Assembly: GCA_963695225.1 (NCBI GenBank)
Contig: OY968762.1
Location: 1,536,001 to 1,600,000, forward strand
From: Vulcanimicrobiota bacterium
GTDB lineage: Bacteria; Vulcanimicrobiota; Vulcanimicrobiia; Vulcanimicrobiales; Vulcanimicrobiaceae
Direction of reading: 5' to 3'
Length of the DNA: 64,000 bases
Below the pieces are notes generated by a model, which did not search any database, was not told the DNA's origin, and saw only the letters and a program-made list of their open reading frames with translations. The translations under genes and the position numbers were made by a program. Of the stretch, positions 58,880 through 64,000 are shown in pieces. The stretch's first letter is position 1, and each line of letters starts with the position of its first letter.

Positions 58880-61867
58880 TTACCACTGCTTCGAGACCGT
58901 CAACAGGAACGAGCGCGGTCCGACGACGTTCGCGTTCGTCAAGCCGACTTGTCCGTTGACGAGCGGCACGGGTACCCCGCCGTACTCAACCTCGGTAGCG
59001 CCCGAGAGGACGTTGAAGAGGTTGTAGACCGACCCTTGCAACATGATGCCGTCCTGCAACGGGAACCGGAGCGTCGTGTTCGCGATCGTGAACGCCGGCT
59101 CGTTGTAGGAGTTGTTCGGTCCGAGGTACTGCATACCGAAGCTCGCATAGGTGCCGTTGGCCGCGCGGTAGTGGATCTCGCCGTAGGCCTGCGAGTACGG
59201 AATCGCATGGTTGTTGACCGCGTTGAAGTTGCTGCCGGCGCCGTTCGCCGGCGAGCCGTTCGTGCCGCCGGTTCCCGAGCCGTAGAAGTTCGCGCCGGAG
59301 ACGATCCCGAGGTTCGTGTTCAGCAGCGAGCAGTTGACGGCACCGCCGGTGATGGCGGTCTTACTGTACAAGCAGGCGCCGAGGTCGTAAGGGTAGGCCT
59401 TCAGCAGCGCGCCTTGCGCGGTGTACCCGAAGCCCACGTGCGGGTTGCGGGTCACCGAGAGCTCGAAGCCCGCATACCGCGCGTTGTCGAGGTTCGTAGC
59501 GGCCGTCGTAAGGAGCGGCAAAGTCGTCGGGGTGACGCCGCCCGGGCAGCTCGTGGCCGGCGTGACCTTCGTGCCCGAACTCGGCGGGCAGAACGTGAGG
59601 TTCCCGTTCGTGAAGGCCGCACTCGAAACGAACTGGTTCTTCACGTTCGTGAGGTAGAGGTCGGTCGAGAGCACGGTCTGCTTGTCGCCGCTGATCCGGT
59701 AATCCAGACCGAGATCGTAGCCGAACGCCGTTTCCGGCAGCACTTTGCCGGTCTGTTGCGTCGTGGTCACGTACGTCGCGTCCGAGCTGAGCGTATAGGT
59801 CGGGGCGCCGTTGTCGAGAAGCGCGAGATAGGGAGGCGCGAGCGACGCACCGGCCGAGGCGCGCAGCGACAGGTCCGGATTCGCCCGATAGGTCACGCCG
59901 AGGCGCGGATCGTCCTGGACGTGTCCGTTCTGCAGCCAGGTGTTGCCGCCGTCCAGCGTGACGTGCTGCGTGTAGCTGTCGAGGTAGTTCGCCAGCGTCA
60001 CGCTGAGCTTGTCGTTCGGCCGGAAGTTCACGGCCGCTTTGTACGTGCGGTATATCAGCCACGAGCCCGGGAACACCGAGTAACTATAGGAAGGGACGGG
60101 AACGTTCGGAGCCGCGGTCGTCGCGTTGTCGTACACCGAATAGGTGTTGCTGCGCGCCGCAGTCTGGTCGTAGGAGAGCGTCAGCAGATCGTTCTTCGAC
60201 TTGCCGAAGGGGTGGTCGTATTCGAACGAGGCGCCGTGCAGCGAGTCTTGTTCGGCGTTCGTGTATTCCGAGTACGAGGCCGGGAAGGTCACGTCGACCG
60301 TCTGGCCGTTGTACGTGTGCGTCACGCCGCCTGCCGTGAACGTGCCCCACAGTTGCAGCGGCTTCGTAATGTCGCCCCACGCGCCGTCGTACTGCAGGCG
60401 GTTGATCGAGGCGGCGTAATAGCGCGCCAGGATCGTATCGCCGCGGTACGTCGTGCGCAACTCGCCCTGGAACATCGGCTCGTTGTTGATCTCGTAATAC
60501 GGGAAGGGATAGCCGTTCTGGAACGTGTTGACGTTCGTTCCGGCGACGATGCCGTTCGCCGGCAGGCCGGAATAGGATCCGCCGGGGAGGAACGGCATGT
60601 TGAAGTTGTAGCCGTGGTTCCCGTTTTGATCGGTCCACGATTGGCTGCCGAGGTACGTGAACGTAAGCGCCGTCGCATCCGAGAAGCCGTAGCGGATCTT
60701 CGCGAGTTCGGTCTTGTTGCTGTAGACCGAGGTGAAGTTCTCGCAGCAATAGACGAGCGACGTACCGGCCGGCGGATTGTTGATGATGCCGGGGTTCGCC
60801 GTGCCGCCCGCGCCCGTAGTGGGCGTTTTCACCGTCGTCGGAATCGGAATGCCGGTGGAGCTGGAGTCGCCGAGGAACGAATTACCGCTCGAAGGCAGCG
60901 TCGAGTAGTTGCTCGTCTGCAGCGGCCCGGGCGTTCCCGAGGTCGCGTAGTCGAACACGAAGCCGAGCTTGCCCTTGAGCAGCGTGTCGGAAATGCGATA
61001 GTTCGAGTTGAGCCCGCCGTAGCCGTCGACGCCCTGGTCGATCCGGACGACGAGCTTGTGCGTCGGATCGAGCGTATGGAAGTTGACCGCGCCGTTGATC
61101 GCGTTGTAGTTCACGGGAAGGGTCGCGCCGGGGCCTTTCACGACCTCGACGTCCTGCAGCACGTACGGGCTCAAGAACGTCGTGACGTAGTCGCCGTAAT
61201 CCATGACGGCGAGCGGATGGCCGTCGATCAGCGAGGCCGTCTCGAACCCGAGGCCGCCGCGGACCGAGGGGAACGTGATGTTGCCGGGCGAGGAGTTGTT
61301 GGCGCTCGTGCCCGGGTGGTCGGCGACGATCCCCGGCGTTTCGTCGAGGATGTGCTGCACCTGAAGCTGCCCCTGATCCAGGAACGTCGTCTGCGAGATG
61401 TTCGCGACCGAGGCGGCGCTGGTGTTGAACGTCCGGTTCGCGGACACGGTCACGTGCCCGATCTCCTTGATCGTTTCGAAGCTGATCGCCGAGAGCGTGA
61501 TGCCGACGTTCTGCGTCACGCCGGCGGCGATCGCGTAGCCGGATTCCGAAGCCGTACCGAAGCCGGCCTTGGCAACCTTGAGGGTATAGATGCCGGGGCT
61601 CAACGTAAGGGAGAAAACGCCTTGAACGTCGGTCTTCGTCGATGCGGTGGCCGGACCGGTGGCCGTGACCACGGCATTCGGAAGCGGTGCTCCGTCGGCG
61701 TCCTTGATGGTCCCGGTGAGCGTCCCGGTCGTTGCGGCCGCGGGCATTGCCGTTTGGGCGATCGCAGACGCCGGCCCTTGCGATGCCCCAGCCGCCGCCG
61801 CACTCAGGGGTCCGGCAGCCAGGAAGCACGCAATAGCCAGCGCTGCGCGATGACTAAATAAGCGCAA
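58880..61867 (-). CDS. TonB-dependent receptor with N-terminal carboxypeptidase-like domain (paralog)
   Basis: Signal peptide, plug (TPGI, SVRG, IDGHP, VEVVKGPG), VLPET, VYNLFN, C-terminal Trp. Confidence 0.88.
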   Translation of the reverse strand: MRLFSHRAALAIACFLAAGPLSAAAAGASQGPASAIAQTAMPAAATTGTLTGTIKDADGAPLPNAVVTATGPATASTKTDVQGVFSLTLSPGIYTLKVAKAGFGTASESGYAIAAGVTQNVGITLSAISFETIKEIGHVTVSANRTFNTSAASVANISQTTFLDQGQLQVQHILDETPGIVADHPGTSANNSSPGNITFPSVRGGLGFETASLIDGHPLAVMDYGDYVTTFLSPYVLQDVEVVKGPGATLPVNYNAINGAVNFHTLDPTHKLVVRIDQGVDGYGGLNSNYRISDTLLKGKLGFVFDYATSGTPGPLQTSNYSTLPSSGNSFLGDSSSTGIPIPTTVKTPTTGAGGTANPGIINNPPAGTSLVYCCENFTSVYSNKTELAKIRYGFSDATALTFTYLGSQSWTDQNGNHGYNFNMPFLPGGSYSGLPANGIVAGTNVNTFQNGYPFPYYEINNEPMFQGELRTTYRGDTILARYYAASINRLQYDGAWGDITKPLQLWGTFTAGGVTHTYNGQTVDVTFPASYSEYTNAEQDSLHGASFEYDHPFGKSKNDLLTLSYDQTAARSNTYSVYDNATTAAPNVPVPSYSYSVFPGSWLIYRTYKAAVNFRPNDKLSVTLANYLDSYTQHVTLDGGNTWLQNGHVQDDPRLGVTYRANPDLSLRASAGASLAPPYLALLDNGAPTYTLSSDATYVTTTQQTGKVLPETAFGYDLGLDYRISGDKQTVLSTDLYLTNVKNQFVSSAAFTNGNLTFCPPSSGTKVTPATSCPGGVTPTTLPLLTTAATNLDNARYAGFELSVTRNPHVGFGYTAQGALLKAYPYDLGACLYSKTAITGGAVNCSLLNTNLGIVSGANFYGSGTGGTNGSPANGAGSNFNAVNNHAIPYSQAYGEIHYRAANGTYASFGMQYLGPNNSYNEPAFTIANTTLRFPLQDGIMLQGSVYNLFNVLSGATEVEYGGVPVPLVNGQVGLTNANVVGPRSFLLTVSKQW

Positions 61868-61916
61868 CAGAATTCTCCTGTTTTGATGGTGGCGTCCCGA
61901 CAGGGACCCCCGCGCT

Positions 61917-61975
61917 TACTATATGAGCGGCTCGTTAAGCGCTAATTAAGCGTAGCTAAAGAACGTAAGGTTAGC
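61917..61975 (-). promoter_or_regulatory. TonB receptor 2 promoter: TATAGT -10 plus Pho-box-like repeats
   Basis: Minus-strand CTTTAGCT, CTTAATTA, CTTAACGA at exact 11-bp spacing, plus GCTAACCT. Confidence 0.55.
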
Positions 61976-62003
61976 CGTTGCCGGCTGGAGAGACAGCCGA
62001 GCG

Positions 62004-64000
62004 TCAGCGCGTCTCGCGCGCCGCGGACCGCCCCGCCGCGAGAAATTCGAGTTGGGCGCTGTGCGTCGGCCCGCCCGGCGGAATGCGGCGAACGTAGCTT
62101 CCGTCGGATTGGAGCCAGCGCGTCTGCGCGTCGTCGCGCATCAGCGTCCCGAGGATCTCGTCCGTGACGCGGTCGCGCAGTTGGGGGCAGAGGATCGGGA
62201 CGATCACCTCGACGCGGCGGTCGAGGTTCCGGCCCATCCAGTCGGCGCTCCCCATGTACACTTCCCGGTCTCCGCCGTTCTCGAAGACGAAGATTCGCGA
62301 ATGTTCGAGGAACCGCCCGACGATCGAGCGCACGCGAATCGTATCGCTGACCCCGGGAACGCCCGGGCGCAATTCGCACAGGCCGCGCACGAGCAACTCG
62401 ATCGGCACGCCCGCTTGCGAGGCGCGGTAGAGGGCCTCCATGATCGCTTCGTCGCTGATCGCGTTGAGCTTGGCGACGATGCCGGCGGCTCGCCCGGCCT
62501 TGCTGTGCTCGATCTCCCGATCGATCATCTCGAGGAAACGCGCGCGCAGCTCGCGCGGGGCGACGAGCAGCCGGTCGTATCTGGCGGCCCGCGTGAAGCC
62601 GGTCAGCGAGTTGAAGAGCCGCGTCGCATCCGAACCGAGATCGGGCCGGCACGTCAAAAGGCTCAGGTCCGTGTAGATGCGGGCCGTCTTCTCGTTATAA
62701 TTGCCGGTGCCGAAGTGGACGTAACGGCGGATGCCTTCCGGCTCGTCGCGTACGATCAACGTCACCTTCGCGTGGACCTTGAGCCCCGGGACGCTGTAGA
62801 TCACGTGCGCGCCGACGCGCTCGAGCTTGCGCGCCCACAAGATGTTGTTCTCTTCGTCGAAGCGCGCCTTGAGTTCGATCAGCGCCGCGACTTGCTTGCC
62901 GTTCTCGGCGGCCCGCATCAACGCGGAGACGACCGGCGACGTTCCCGAGGTCCGGTAGAGCGTCTGCTTGATCGCGAGGACGCGCGGGTCTTCCGCCGCG
63001 GCTTCCAAAAGCTGCACGACCGGGTCGAACGAGTCGTAGGGGTGATGGAGGAGGATGTCGCCTTCGCGGATCGCCTCGAACATGTCCGCGGCTGCATGGA
63101 CGCGGCGCGGGATGACCGGCGTGAACGAGGGGTCGCGCAATTCCGGACGATCGAGCGAAGCGATCGTCCAGAACCCGCTGACTGCCAGCGGCCCGTCGAC
63201 CGCATAGAGATCCTGCTCTTCCAATTCCAGTTCTTCGAGCAGGAGCGAGCGCATCGCGTGCGGCATCGCCGCCTCGACCTCCAAGCGGACGGGCTCGCCG
63301 AAGCGGCGCTTGCGCAGCTCGGATTCGATCGCGCTGATCAGGTCGTCGGCTTCGTCCTCTTGGATGTCGAGATCGGCGTCGCGGGTAACGCGGAAGCAGT
63401 AGGACCGCACGACCTCGACGCCGGGGAACAAGGCGTCGAGGTTGTGGGCGATCACGTCCTCGAGCAGGACGAAGTGCGATTCGCCCCACGGCGAGGGGAT
63501 CGGAACGAAGCGCGGCAGGCTCGAAGGCACCTTGACGCGCGCGAAATGCTCGACGGCACCGTGCGAGGTCTCGTCGCGAATCTCGACGCCGAGCGAGAGC
63601 GAGAGGTTGGAGATATATGGAAAGGGGTGCGTGCGGTCGACGGCGAGCGGCGTCAGGACGGGGAAGACGCGCTCGTAAAACGTGCGGCGCAGCTCCTCGC
63701 GCGCGGCTTCGGAGAGGGCGTCGTAGCGCAAGATCTTGATGCCGTTGCGTGCGAGTTCCGGGAGGAGCACGTCCCGCAGGAGTTGCTGCTGCCGCTCGAG
63801 CGAGGGGCGCAGGCGCGCCGAGATCGCACGCAACTGTTCGGCGGGGAGGCGCCCGTCGACCGAACGCGCGTGCACGTCTGCGTCGAGTTGCTGTTTGAGG
63901 CCGGCCACGCGGACCATGAAATACTCGTCGAGGTTCGTCCCGTAGATCGCGACGAACTTGACGCGCTCGAGCAGCGGGTGGCGCTCGTCGAGCGCTTCCT
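62004..64000 (-). CDS. ppk1: Polyphosphate kinase 1, 5' end outside the window
   Basis: NLDEYFMVRVAGL, HPFPYISN, LHHPYDSF, ELKARFDE, KVHAK, GTGNYN, RFLEHSR, SADWM-x-RNLDRRVE. Confidence 0.97.
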   Translation of the reverse strand, partial: EALDERHPLLERVKFVAIYGTNLDEYFMVRVAGLKQQLDADVHARSVDGRLPAEQLRAISARLRPSLERQQQLLRDVLLPELARNGIKILRYDALSEAAREELRRTFYERVFPVLTPLAVDRTHPFPYISNLSLSLGVEIRDETSHGAVEHFARVKVPSSLPRFVPIPSPWGESHFVLLEDVIAHNLDALFPGVEVVRSYCFRVTRDADLDIQEDEADDLISAIESELRKRRFGEPVRLEVEAAMPHAMRSLLLEELELEEQDLYAVDGPLAVSGFWTIASLDRPELRDPSFTPVIPRRVHAAADMFEAIREGDILLHHPYDSFDPVVQLLEAAAEDPRVLAIKQTLYRTSGTSPVVSALMRAAENGKQVAALIELKARFDEENNILWARKLERVGAHVIYSVPGLKVHAKVTLIVRDEPEGIRRYVHFGTGNYNEKTARIYTDLSLLTCRPDLGSDATRLFNSLTGFTRAARYDRLLVAPRELRARFLEMIDREIEHSKAGRAAGIVAKLNAISDEAIMEALYRASQAGVPIELLVRGLCELRPGVPGVSDTIRVRSIVGRFLEHSRIFVFENGGDREVYMGSADWMGRNLDRRVEVIVPILCPQLRDRVTDEILGTLMRDDAQTRWLQSDGSYVRRIPPGGPTHSAQLEFLAAGRSAARETR

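Noticed and set aside
58685..61861. 1058-aa plus-strand ORF and similar long Arg/Ala-rich ORFs throughout the track
   Set aside because: These are antisense or alternative-frame shadows typical of high-GC DNA, overlapping well-supported genes.

Overview
High-GC bacterial chromosomal window from an organism with an outer membrane (it encodes TonB-dependent receptors and a Wza-type export protein). Gene style suggests a soil lineage such as Eremiobacterota/Vulcanimicrobiota, but that is inference only. Left to right: partial M48 peptidase, S53 peptidase, Zur/Fur-regulated metal ABC operon divergent from a split DUF4331 pair, tRNA-Ala(CGC), pyruvate kinase, DUF411, an orphan narI with a YbhGFSR-like ABC exporter, P-II-like protein, LOG, SDR, LysR, thiC with a TPP riboswitch, two paralogous lipoproteins, a ~20 kb Wzy-dependent exopolysaccharide locus with two atypical response regulators, acnA, rnd, VKOR, NUDIX/MBL, acyl-CoA synthetase, bolA-grx, two TonB-dependent receptors, EVE and partial ppk1. 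I found no CRISPR, integrase or transposase. The strongest unannotated signal is a regulon readable from the DNA: DosR-like GGGAC-N4-GTCCC boxes centred 52.5-53.5 bp upstream of candidate -10 elements at six EPS promoters, plus a box upstream of the embedded NarL/DosR-like regulator itself. Other highlights are Pho-box-like 11-bp repeats before both TonB receptors next to ppk1, a 157-bp nested palindromic element, and an AT-rich DnaA-box cluster. All family assignments are by motif recognition; no database search was run.
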